From an uncultured bacterium (GTDB taxonomy: Bacteria; Babelota; Babeliae; Babelales; Vermiphilaceae): a stretch of DNA of 64,000 nt. The stretch covers positions 576,001-640,000 of the forward strand of contig OY970172.1 of assembly GCA_963707655.1 (NCBI GenBank), given 5' to 3'. This document shows, one piece after another, positions 9,163 to 18,351 of this stretch (position 1 is its first letter; every line of letters begins with the position of its first letter). The position numbers were made by a program, and so were the translations under genes. The notes beneath the pieces were generated by a model. The model saw only the letters and a list, made by a program, of their open reading frames with translations. It ran no database searches and had not been told where the DNA came from.

Positions 9163-10107
9163 TTATTTCTCCGTCTGAGGTTGCATTTGTATAATTTTTT
9201 TAATTTCCATAATATCTGATCGTTGTGTTACCAACATTAAAGGAATGTCTGGATACAGCGCTTGTAACGTGTTAGTCTGTCGATCTTCAAGACCAAAGTG
9301 TGCAATCAAATCAGCATCGGCCAATTTTTCATACACCAAATCAAGACGCACCGGTTTAGTGATGCGATCAACAATAGTTTGCGCTACTTCTTCTGCCGTG
9401 CTTATCTGCTGCGCATCGCTGCTCCGCATAACCGGCACGGTAAGATTTTTAAAATCAACTTTATTCAAATAAGGTTTAAAACTGTCAGCAATAACCTGTG
9501 CCAACGAGCTATGCATTTCATAACCAAGTTCATCATCGACATACGCAATATCATGCGCATCAAGTACTATTTTTAATGCGGCGATTCCTGTCTGTGTGCC
9601 ACTTACCAAATGCTCGTGGGCGCTGATACTCACGGCCAGATCAACCTGTTGCTGCTCTGCATTTATTTGCGCGCAGATTTTTTCTACCGTTGCGTTATCA
9701 GTTTTTTCAATTCTGATCATGCCAACATCTTGTGTTGCAAAAAAATCGTGATACATATTCGCATATTTATTTAACAGATACAGACCATCAGGCAAACTCA
9801 TGCCACCGCTTGCAGCAATAGCAGCATAATCCCCAATGTTGTTACCAATCAGCAACGAGGGTTTAATTTCTTCATCTTTAAATAGTGCATAGATTGCAGA
9901 GCTTATCAAAAATAGCACCGGGTAAGCATTACCAATCTTTGCCAATTCAGCGTCTGACGATGCAAAACATAATTTCACAAAATTAATATTCAAAGATTGC
10001 GATGCTTCTTCAAAATATTCCTGCACAATACGATAATCATCATACAGCTCTTTGCCCATTCCCACGAACTGGCTGCCATAGCCAGGAAAGAGAAATACTA
10101 CTTTCAT
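9163..10107 (-). CDS. fabD: Malonyl-CoA:ACP transacylase homologue with degenerate catalytic motif
   Basis: FLFPGYGSQFVGMGKELY N-terminus and adjacency to acpP; the GHSxG position reads GNNIG. Confidence 0.85.
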   Translation of the reverse strand: MKVVFLFPGYGSQFVGMGKELYDDYRIVQEYFEEASQSLNINFVKLCFASSDAELAKIGNAYPVLFLISSAIYALFKDEEIKPSLLIGNNIGDYAAIAASGGMSLPDGLYLLNKYANMYHDFFATQDVGMIRIEKTDNATVEKICAQINAEQQQVDLAVSISAHEHLVSGTQTGIAALKIVLDAHDIAYVDDELGYEMHSSLAQVIADSFKPYLNKVDFKNLTVPVMRSSDAQQISTAEEVAQTIVDRITKPVRLDLVYEKLADADLIAHFGLEDRQTNTLQALYPDIPLMLVTQRSDIMEIKKIIQMQPQTEK

Positions 10108-10119
10108 AGATTTCCTTTT

Positions 10120-11559
10120 TTATTTGATTGGTTTATTTGTTTCAAGAAAGGCTAAAAATGCATGCAGACGCTTGACCGTTTCATCTTTGCCAAGAATCTC
10201 TATCAATTCAAAAACAGCCGGGCCCGATGCTTTGCCGATCAAAGCAATGCGTATCGGTTGCGCGAGATTAACTATTTTCAAATCATATTGTTTGGCAACA
10301 TCTTTTACACACGCAGTCACTGCTTCTACGTCAAATGATTTAAGATCTTCTAAAGCATTGGATGCTGTTTTCAGGTGCTCTATAGTGCTTTGCGTAACCC
10401 ATGCGGTGATGTCTTCTACCAGATAGGGAGTTGAACGCTCGTAGAGCGATTTTAATTCATCAGCAAGTTCGGTTATTGTTTTTGTGCGTTGTTTGTATAA
10501 ATTAACAAGCGCAAGAATTTGCACTATGTCCCACTTTGAAAGCTCGGCTTGAAATCGCGGTCTAATTTCTTTGATCTGCTCTAATAATGATTCATCCGGT
10601 AATTCACGCATATACATACTGTTTACCCATCCTAATTTAGTCATATCAAAAATTGATCCTTTTTTTCCTACATGGTCAAGTGAAAAATAGCTTATTAGCT
10701 CATCTCTTGTAAAGATTTCTTGATCACCATGTGACCATCCCAAGCGGACCAGATAGTTGATAAGTGCATCGGGAAGGTAGCCCAATTGCTGATATTCCAT
10801 GACTGACGTTGCCGCATCACGTTTACTTAAAGGCTCGCCTGTTTTGCCCAAAATAAGCGGCAGATGGGCAAAGTACGGTATTTTGTAACCACACGCCTGA
10901 TAGAGCATGATCTGTTTTGGTGTATTTGAGATATGATCTTCACCACGAATTACATGCGTAATGTTCATAAAAGCGTCGTCGACAACTACTACAAAATTAT
11001 ACATGGGAGAACCGTCTGAGCGGGCAATAATAAAATCATCAAATTGATCGATATTGAATGAGACGGAACCTCTGATCAAATCATCAAAAGTTATTTTATC
11101 CTCTGCCGGCAACGCAAAGCGAATGACAAATAATTTGTCTTTAAGATCGGGAGTTTGCAGACGATGGCGACAAAAGCCATCATATTTAGCGTAGGCCGGA
11201 TCAACAGCAACTGATTCAATGCGCTCTCTAATTTCTTCCGGCGTGCAATAACAGCGATATGCTTTTTTTTCTTTTACCAGCTGCGCAATAACTTCTTTGT
11301 GCTCATCTACGCGCGCAGATTGAATAACCAGCTCTTCATCCCAGTTAATATGAGCCCAGCGCATCGCATTTAAAATCGCATCAAGATATTCCTGCTTGGA
11401 ACGCTCCAAATCAGTATCTTCAATACGCAAGAGAAATTGCCCTTTATAGTGACGCGCAAAAAGCCAATTAAAAATCGCCGTGCGCAGACCACCAATGTGT
11501 AAGTTGCCGGTGGGGGATGGTGCAAAACGAACGCGAACCGGTGCTGTTTGATTATTCAT
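10120..11559 (-). CDS. gltX: Glutamyl-tRNA synthetase (copy 1)
   Basis: RFAPSPTG, HIGG, LRIEDTD, RGEDH, LSKR. Confidence 0.97.
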   Translation of the reverse strand: MNNQTAPVRVRFAPSPTGNLHIGGLRTAIFNWLFARHYKGQFLLRIEDTDLERSKQEYLDAILNAMRWAHINWDEELVIQSARVDEHKEVIAQLVKEKKAYRCYCTPEEIRERIESVAVDPAYAKYDGFCRHRLQTPDLKDKLFVIRFALPAEDKITFDDLIRGSVSFNIDQFDDFIIARSDGSPMYNFVVVVDDAFMNITHVIRGEDHISNTPKQIMLYQACGYKIPYFAHLPLILGKTGEPLSKRDAATSVMEYQQLGYLPDALINYLVRLGWSHGDQEIFTRDELISYFSLDHVGKKGSIFDMTKLGWVNSMYMRELPDESLLEQIKEIRPRFQAELSKWDIVQILALVNLYKQRTKTITELADELKSLYERSTPYLVEDITAWVTQSTIEHLKTASNALEDLKSFDVEAVTACVKDVAKQYDLKIVNLAQPIRIALIGKASGPAVFELIEILGKDETVKRLHAFLAFLETNKPIK

Positions 11560-11568
11560 GAAGTCCTT

Positions 11569-12231
11569 TTAAATAAGTGGCAATTTTGCCTGAACACGAG
11601 CTGCCCATGGTGAAGCCCCTTCAATATCAAGCGGCATATCACTTAAATCTTGCCAGAGTGCTTTTGCTTGTGTAATGTCATTTTTTTCCCAATAATAAAG
11701 CCCTACGTAATAGGCTGCCTCATCCCAATTTGCTAATGATTTATTGGTAGCTATAGCAGTTAAATCAGCAAGCCCGTCTTGCACTACTTTTTCGTCTGAC
11801 GAGTCAGTGCGCATTAAGGCCCTTTTTATTGTATACAACGAATAGAGTGGATCTGACGAAGAAAGAGAGTTGACCACCTGATCCATGGTTTGCAGAGCTT
11901 GTGGAAGATTATTTTCATTCGCATACACGTCAGCCAATAAGCTCAACAGAGCGGGAGTAACCAAACGCGGTTGTTCGGCATACTGATCTTTTAATGTCTC
12001 TCCAAGCTTGTGCCAATCGGGAGACTTGCTCCGTGCCGTTGCATCAAACAATGCAATGGAATCTGCCAATTTTTGTTGGGACTGAGCCGAGCGGTAGCCC
12101 ATCAATGTTTTATAGCTATAACAAAACACTATTCCGGCACCAAGTAACAAACCTGCAAGAGCAATATACTGTGTTGTTTTTGGTTGCGCCACAAATTTTT
12201 TATACCATACATGAGACGAGAAAAAAGTCAT
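11569..12231 (-). CDS. Membrane-anchored TPR-like protein (YfgM-like)
   Basis: Single N-terminal TM, helical repeats, AAYYVGLYY TPR-like motif. Confidence 0.6.
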   Translation of the reverse strand: MTFFSSHVWYKKFVAQPKTTQYIALAGLLLGAGIVFCYSYKTLMGYRSAQSQQKLADSIALFDATARSKSPDWHKLGETLKDQYAEQPRLVTPALLSLLADVYANENNLPQALQTMDQVVNSLSSSDPLYSLYTIKRALMRTDSSDEKVVQDGLADLTAIATNKSLANWDEAAYYVGLYYWEKNDITQAKALWQDLSDMPLDIEGASPWAARVQAKLPLI

Positions 12232-12542
12232 TGTTACACTCCGAAAAGAATAGAGATTGTTTTCATTATTCAATATCAGCAAAAGTACCATAGTTACAAA
12301 AAAAGATAAACAGTGATTTTGTGCGCGTAACAGGTGAACTTGCAACAATTCATGAAACTGAAAAAGATAGAAACAATATCATAAAAATCACATGCGTAAA
12401 ATGCCGATAAATTGGGGATTTTTCATACCTGATCCCTGCTCAGGAACCATGAAAAAACAATTGCCTAGTAAAGCTTTAATTGCTACCTTGTTCATGGGTA
12501 AAAAATAGAAAAATTACTATTCACACACTAAGAGAGTTATGC

Positions 12543-12926
12543 ATGAAAAGCAAAAATTATTATATTATAGCGCTGTCGACACTTCTTCTTGGTATCACCA
12601 CTATCAAAAGCATGGCATTGTACAAAAAACATCTCGCTAAAACATCCACAACACCGCATTCATTAAAAACATTCGTCTATCCAGTTTTCGATCTGCCCCA
12701 AATCCCTCAAACTGATCAGGAATTAGAACAGAGCAGAATTAACTGCTTATCATTCGCTGATACGTCCTCATTCGATGTGGATGATTGCGATCTCGATGAT
12801 TGTGATAATCTATTAGGCCCCATCATTCCTAGCCCTAGTGCTCCCGCTAAAAAACCAATTCTCAGCAAAAAAAATGACGAAGAATATCAACGCTACCTAA
12901 AACATTATCTTTCTAAAAAACAGTAA
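12543..12926 (+). CDS. Hypothetical secreted protein with acidic patch
   Basis: Signal-like MKSKNYYIIALSTLLLGITTIKS followed by M; acidic DVDDCDLDDCD segment. Confidence 0.65.
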   Translation: MKSKNYYIIALSTLLLGITTIKSMALYKKHLAKTSTTPHSLKTFVYPVFDLPQIPQTDQELEQSRINCLSFADTSSFDVDDCDLDDCDNLLGPIIPSPSAPAKKPILSKKNDEEYQRYLKHYLSKKQ

Positions 12927-13145
12927 AAGAGCAATAATTGCATCTTTCACCACTTCTTATGCCCCTAACAACATCTCATAGAATCCTGCTACTTCACAGT
13001 TCAATTAGAAATAGTTTAATCAATCTAATTGTACTCTAAAACGTGAACCTATCATTTTTTTAATAACAAATTGACTATGAGGTTTTTTCACCTTATTATA
13101 CTCAATATTAAAAAAATATTTTTCGTTTTTATTAAAAGGCTTACT

Positions 13146-13502
13146 GTGAAAACATCCCATCTGTGGTTATTGTTGCTCTCCATCACGGCAAAGGCAATCA
13201 ATGCATCTGAGGTAAAATCATCAAAAATAGATACAAGTTCTCTGATACGAGAGACTGAAGAGGCCATTAGTAAAGCTGAAAGCAGTCTGCAATCGGCTCT
13301 AAAATACGAAACCATGTGTATCAGGCAAAACAAAGACAGGCAGACCTTGTCCAAGGCCAGCAACCGAGTGGCATCGGTTTTCGAGCGCCGTTACCGTCTC
13401 TATAAGGAATTAGAAACTTTGCACAAAAATCTAGAGTGGCAAAGAGAAAAGGCTTGGCTTAAGCGAACGCATTCGGTAAAGACTCAGCTTCCTCTGAAAT
13501 AA
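13146..13502 (+). CDS. Hypothetical secreted coiled-coil protein
   Basis: GTG start, signal-like LWLLLLSITAKAINA, helical body. Confidence 0.6.
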   Translation: MKTSHLWLLLLSITAKAINASEVKSSKIDTSSLIRETEEAISKAESSLQSALKYETMCIRQNKDRQTLSKASNRVASVFERRYRLYKELETLHKNLEWQREKAWLKRTHSVKTQLPLK

Positions 13503-13521
13503 TTCCGTTACCCGAGCAAAC

Positions 13522-13568
13522 AAAAAAGAGGAAGAGATGATTGTTAAAAATAATTTCTTCCTCTTTTT
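13522..13568. terminator. Bidirectional terminator
   Basis: aaaaagaggaaga...tcttcctcttttt inverted repeat between convergent genes. Confidence 0.6.
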
Positions 13569-13569
13569 A

Positions 13570-14619
13570 TTACTTGTTTCCTTGCTGCTGCGCGTAGACA
13601 TGCCCTGCTTGATACATGGGCCATGTTATTAAGCGCTCACTTAATAGTGCATTGTACCGCTGGGTAAAAGATGTTTGAATATTCTCATGCGCTCTCATAA
13701 TCGCTTGCTCAATCGCATAGGCTGATGAAGAGCCATGCGCTATGAATACCGGCTCGCGCACCCCCAATAGTAATGCACCGCCCTGCTTGGCATAATCTGT
13801 TTTTTGCTTTAAGCGAGAGAAGATTCTATAACCCAACATGAAATAGAGGCGCGCCCACCATGACCGCTGCGCTTCTTCACGCAACCAATACATCATAGCT
13901 TTGGCCGTTCCCTGTATACCTTTGAGTAAAACGTTTCCCACAAAGCCATCACACACCAAAACATCAGCCGCTGTTTCAAAAAGATCACGCGATTCAACAT
14001 TGCCAATAAAATGTAAGGGGGAAAATTCTAATTTTTTATATACTTCTTTAACTAAGGCTGATCCTTTATACGGCTCGGCCCCATTTGAAAGTAAGGCAAT
14101 TTTTGGCTCTTGAATCTGTTTACTCATCTGCACATATACATTTCCCATCAGCGCAAACTGTTCAAGGTATTCACTCTTGCAATCGGTGTTTGCTCCTAAA
14201 TCCAGGCAAAAAATTGAGCCGTTTTTTTTGGGAAGAAAACTACCAATTGCAGGACGAAGAATACCGGGGACCCGACCAATAATCAGGGTGGCGGCCACGA
14301 GCATGGCGCCTGAATTACCGGCAGAAACAACTGCTTGCGCCTGCTTATTGGATAGCGCAGCTATTGCGCGGACTAGAGAGGAATCTTTTTTTTGAACTAT
14401 TGCGCGAGTGGGCTCATCACCCATGGCAATTTCTTGAGAACAGTGTTCTATAAAGAGAGGAAGGGAATGCCAATCTGAGTCATGCTCATCTAATAATTTT
14501 CCGAGCACAAGCTCATCACCAAATAAGGTGATTGCGATTCCCTTTTTTGCCGCATTAAGAGCGCCGAGAACAGTAACATGCGGCGCGAAGTCGCCGCCCA
14601 TTGCATCGAGCGCTATCAT
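13570..14619 (-). CDS. plsX: Phosphate acyltransferase PlsX
   Basis: IALDAMGGDFAP, SAGNSGA, LDLGAN, VCDGFVGNVLLK, HGSS; next to rpmF. Confidence 0.97.
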   Translation of the reverse strand: MIALDAMGGDFAPHVTVLGALNAAKKGIAITLFGDELVLGKLLDEHDSDWHSLPLFIEHCSQEIAMGDEPTRAIVQKKDSSLVRAIAALSNKQAQAVVSAGNSGAMLVAATLIIGRVPGILRPAIGSFLPKKNGSIFCLDLGANTDCKSEYLEQFALMGNVYVQMSKQIQEPKIALLSNGAEPYKGSALVKEVYKKLEFSPLHFIGNVESRDLFETAADVLVCDGFVGNVLLKGIQGTAKAMMYWLREEAQRSWWARLYFMLGYRIFSRLKQKTDYAKQGGALLLGVREPVFIAHGSSSAYAIEQAIMRAHENIQTSFTQRYNALLSERLITWPMYQAGHVYAQQQGNK

Positions 14620-14653
14620 ACGTTATTTCCTATAAGAAAGTAGCACGCTGTAT

Positions 14654-14929
14654 TTATTCAGCTTTGCCTTCTGCAGCTTGCTGCGATTGCATTTTTGCTT
14701 GACGAGAAGCTACTTGTTTTTGACGCGATTGCAAACGGTTTGCTGCACGCTCATTTTTTGGGGTCATTACTTTTTTGCCTTTGTAATGGCCACAGTTTTT
14801 GCACACTTGATGAGGCAAAAGCGCTTCTTCACAATTTTTACATGCACCAAATGATTTTACTTTAATAAACTTATTGGCATGGCGGGAATCACGACGCGCC
14901 CGGGAACGCTTTCTTTTTGGTACTGGCAT
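14654..14929 (-). CDS. rpmF: 50S ribosomal protein L32 with basic/Gln-rich C-terminal extension
   Basis: MPVPKRKRSRARRDSR and CxxC...PHxVCxxCGHY. Confidence 0.95.
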   Translation of the reverse strand: MPVPKRKRSRARRDSRHANKFIKVKSFGACKNCEEALLPHQVCKNCGHYKGKKVMTPKNERAANRLQSRQKQVASRQAKMQSQQAAEGKAE

Positions 14930-15055
14930 ACTAATCCTTGACAGATAGAAATAATTTTATTCAATTTCTTGCCGAAAGCGCTATGCATATAGCATTCAAG
15001 CGAGAATTATATCAATTAGAGTAGCAATTTTTAAAAAAAAATCAAAAACTAATAC

Positions 15056-16189
15056 TTATAGCGCGTGCCATAAACCGGCCATTGTTTGCGATATTTTCTG
15101 CTCTAGTTGAAGGTCAAAAAGTAAGGTGTGTAATTCTGCCATAGTCAAAGAGGTTACTGCCAATAGTTCATCGAGCGAACAGGGCTTGCTGCAGCTTTGC
15201 AGAATAAGGTCAGCAATGCTCGCCGGCTTAAACTCAACTTTTGCCTGCACGTGGGACTGCCCATCCTCCTGTGCTGATACGGTAGTCTTTTTTGCCTCAT
15301 GCGCAGCTATTGGCATTGTTTCGCCAAAAGCATTCAATATGTCCTGAGCAGAAGCAACCAGGGTAGCCCCTTGTGCAATTAGGCTGTGACAGCCGGCACT
15401 CAATTCATCATCAATCGCTCCAGGCACGGCAAACACTTCTCTCCCCTGCTCAAGCGCATAGCGCGCGGTAATTAATGCACCACTTTTTTGCGCTGCCTGC
15501 ACCACCACACTGCCCCGGCTCAGGCCAGAAATAATGCGATTGCGTGCCGGAAAATTGCCCGGCGATGGCTCCATTGCCAAAGGAAATGAGCTTATAACCG
15601 CTCCGCCGCGCTCTACGATCTGCTCAAACAACCTTCTATTGCCGGTCGGATACGGGCGCAACAGGCCGGAGCCCAAAACTGCGATAGTTTTCCCACCGGA
15701 TTCAATGGCAGCCTGGTGGGTATAGGTATCAATTCCCTGTGCTCCGCCGCTCACAAGGGCAAAGCCTGCTTGCGCGAGAGGTGGTACTAATCGGTTTACT
15801 ACACGCTTGCCATATAGCGACGCAGCACGCGAACCCACAAAGGCTATTGCCGTATCATTGTTCAAAGCGCCCTGAACATATAAAATTGGCGGTGGTAAAT
15901 GAATTTCTTTGAGCAATGCCGGGTAGTTACCATCTGCGATAGCAATTAATGCAATGCGGTGCTTTTCCAACAGCTTGAGTTCTGCTTCAAGCGTAGTTCT
16001 ATCTTGTAATCCTTGCACCACTTTTTGTGCGGCATTCAGCGTTATGCCACAGGCATGCGCAATATCAGAAGGTAATAATGCATAGAGCTGCTCAAACGCC
16101 TCTTGATTATGCATAAGCGATTCTATTAAAGCCGGCCCTACGCCACTGATTAAGGAAAGATGAAGAATGGTGCGATTAGTATGGTTCAT
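15056..16189 (-). CDS. dprA: DNA processing protein DprA
   Basis: VGSR, VSGGAQGID, FPARNRIISGLS, SGALITA, GREVFAVPG. Confidence 0.96.
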   Translation of the reverse strand: MNHTNRTILHLSLISGVGPALIESLMHNQEAFEQLYALLPSDIAHACGITLNAAQKVVQGLQDRTTLEAELKLLEKHRIALIAIADGNYPALLKEIHLPPPILYVQGALNNDTAIAFVGSRAASLYGKRVVNRLVPPLAQAGFALVSGGAQGIDTYTHQAAIESGGKTIAVLGSGLLRPYPTGNRRLFEQIVERGGAVISSFPLAMEPSPGNFPARNRIISGLSRGSVVVQAAQKSGALITARYALEQGREVFAVPGAIDDELSAGCHSLIAQGATLVASAQDILNAFGETMPIAAHEAKKTTVSAQEDGQSHVQAKVEFKPASIADLILQSCSKPCSLDELLAVTSLTMAELHTLLFDLQLEQKISQTMAGLWHAL

Positions 16190-16223
16190 GTACGTTATCT
16201 ATACCTATAAAATCTATATCTAT

Positions 16224-16253
16224 AAAAAAAATGCCGCGCATTCTCTGCGCGGC
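16224..16253 (-). terminator. Rho-independent terminator
   Basis: gccgcgca-ttctc-tgcgcggc with U8 tail on the minus strand. Confidence 0.75.
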
Positions 16254-16326
16254 TTCACTCTGTTTCTACTAATTTACTTTAAAAATCTCTATTTCTCTAG
16301 GTTCTGTGAACAAAATTTTATATGAG

Positions 16327-16896
16327 TTAATTATTCTCTTGTTGTTCTTCTAGAAATGCAGATAGATCCCATTCCTGCCGAGTAATATTATAGCGTGCTA
16401 CTGCTTTATTTCCATCAAAGCCAAACTTACCATTAAAATTACTTGTTGCTGAGCCATAATTGGCAAGGAATATCATTTTTGCTGTCGCTAAAAAAAGAGC
16501 ATAAAGATCCCTGGACTCAACACCATTATCTCGTTCAATCAATAATATCTTTTTCTGCTTGCTGAAGGCCAAAATGTGCACTTCCTTGGGGAACGTGACT
16601 TCGTTTAAATTATTAGAATAAACCCAAGATATCGTAGAATAATAATGAGCACCGCCATGCCGATCCATACGCGAAAAATATAGCCCACGCGGTTTTATGG
16701 AATGATGGATACCTTCATCATAGCTAGTTGGCATTTCCTCGCCGCTATGAATTACTAGATTTTTTAAATCATTTTCCAGATCTGAAAAGGGACTTCGCCA
16801 TTTTATAACGGGTGTAACTGACTATGCTTGATTATCCATTGCCTGCATGCTACACAGCAAAAACAATACAACAATGCCATATATTTTGTAACTCAT
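16327..16896 (-). pseudogene. Secreted hypothetical protein interrupted by an in-frame TAG at 16822-16824
   Basis: MSYKIYGIVVLFLLCSMQAMDNQA*SVTPVIKW...EEMPTSYDE continues in the same frame as ORF 16327..16734. Confidence 0.65.
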
Positions 16897-17068
16897 ACGC
16901 ATTCTCATTTTTTGGTAATGAATTAATTATTTTCCAATCAATTTTATACAACGATGACACAAATGATCAACTATCGACGAAATCATGCAACTACTTTTTG
17001 CTCATTATCTCATTCGAATAAGCGAAAGATGGAGAAGAGTATTATTTTTGTGTTGCATAACGCCTATT

Positions 17069-17102
17069 AAAAAAGAAAAGCCACGCATTTCTGCGCGGCT
17101 TT
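17069..17102 (-). terminator. Rho-independent terminator, near copy of 16224..16253
   Basis: aaagccacgca-tttc-tgcgcggcttt with U-rich tail on the minus strand. Confidence 0.7.
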
Positions 17103-17167
17103 ATTAAGTATCTACTTATATCTGTTACATAATCATCGCGATGCTTCTGCGGTATTACAAGATATCT

Positions 17168-17635
17168 CTATTCCTCTATTGCTATTATCACGTGCGCATA
17201 CTGCTCCGGCGATATATTAAATACGTGACGAGCTTTCTCATAATTAAATCCCACAAAGCTACCCTCTTCGGGGACGGGGTAAATAAAGTCGGATCCGTGA
17301 ATTATGCGAATCTTGCCTCCACCATTGAGAGTCTGCATTTCCAAATCATCCCATGGAAAGCAATCCTGCTTGGAATAGGTTGCAACAGTTAAAATTAATG
17401 TTTGTGCATTTTTTACCAAATCTCTGCTGTAAGTTAATAAGCTAAAAAGCGTATTCCACGTCTCCGTCCCTTTTTCGCCATAAATCAAGTAAAAGGAATC
17501 TCGCTTTTCAAACTGATAGGCACGAGCAACAATATCATAACTGACGTCTTTAAGACAATGCGCATATACCAGAGTTCCGGTTAGTGCCAATGCAAGGATA
17601 ATCAATAATAGATTTTTTTTGATTCTAGAAATCAT
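17168..17635 (-). CDS. Hypothetical exported protein
   Basis: N-terminal signal/anchor LLLIILALALTGTLVYA; directly downstream of the nitroreductase. Confidence 0.65.
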   Translation of the reverse strand: MISRIKKNLLLIILALALTGTLVYAHCLKDVSYDIVARAYQFEKRDSFYLIYGEKGTETWNTLFSLLTYSRDLVKNAQTLILTVATYSKQDCFPWDDLEMQTLNGGGKIRIIHGSDFIYPVPEEGSFVGFNYEKARHVFNISPEQYAHVIIAIEE

Positions 17636-17637
17636 AG

Positions 17638-18312
17638 TTATATTTGCTCAAACTTACCTTCAAAAGCAAAATCTTCTATCGGTTTACGGTCTGATGGTTT
17701 TGCATCACGGCCGCGCACCGCTTCAGGTGCATTCTCTATGCTGCCCGGTTTGCCAATGGCTACCATTGCTTCAACGGTATACCCTTGCGGAATTGCAAAG
17801 GTAGCGCGCGCTTTATCGTAATCAAAGCCGCCCATGCCATGAGCAACCAGACCATCAATTGTTGCTTGCAATGCCATGTTTTGCCATGCAGCACCAGTGT
17901 CAAATGAATGAGTTCTTGAAAATTCATTGTTATGAGCAAAATGATTGCGGGAAACAATCAGCACTAAAGCGCCTGCATTTTTTACCCAGCTCTTGTTAAA
18001 ATCAACGAGCGTATCAAATAATAAATCCCATGCCGCTGTACCTTTAATGCCATAGATAAAAAACCATGGCTGATCATTAAATGATGAAGGAGCCCAGCGA
18101 GCCGCCTCAAATAAACGATTCAATGCTTCTTTTTCGACTACATCACCAGACAATGCGTATGATGAAACACGATTAAGAAAGAGAGGATCAATAGCATGCG
18201 CCGCTTTGCGGTCTACTTTTAAAGAAGTCACGGTCACCTTTTCATCAGAAATAATTGAGCGAACAGACAAACCAATACCAATTCCCAAAATAAACACTAC
18301 TATTTTATTCAT
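17638..18312 (-). CDS. Nitroreductase family protein with N-terminal hydrophobic segment
   Basis: AARWAPSSFNDQPW, FDTGAAWQNMALQA, HGMGGFD. Confidence 0.92.
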   Translation of the reverse strand: MNKIVVFILGIGIGLSVRSIISDEKVTVTSLKVDRKAAHAIDPLFLNRVSSYALSGDVVEKEALNRLFEAARWAPSSFNDQPWFFIYGIKGTAAWDLLFDTLVDFNKSWVKNAGALVLIVSRNHFAHNNEFSRTHSFDTGAAWQNMALQATIDGLVAHGMGGFDYDKARATFAIPQGYTVEAMVAIGKPGSIENAPEAVRGRDAKPSDRKPIEDFAFEGKFEQI

Positions 18313-18351
18313 ATTCTTTTCCATATCACAATACTCAGTCATTATTCATAC

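Noticed and set aside
16822..16824. Alternative genetic code with TAG read as sense
   Set aside because: Conserved genes end at TAG at expected lengths (ftsI, the esterase, tmk); internal TAGs occur only in decayed orphans.
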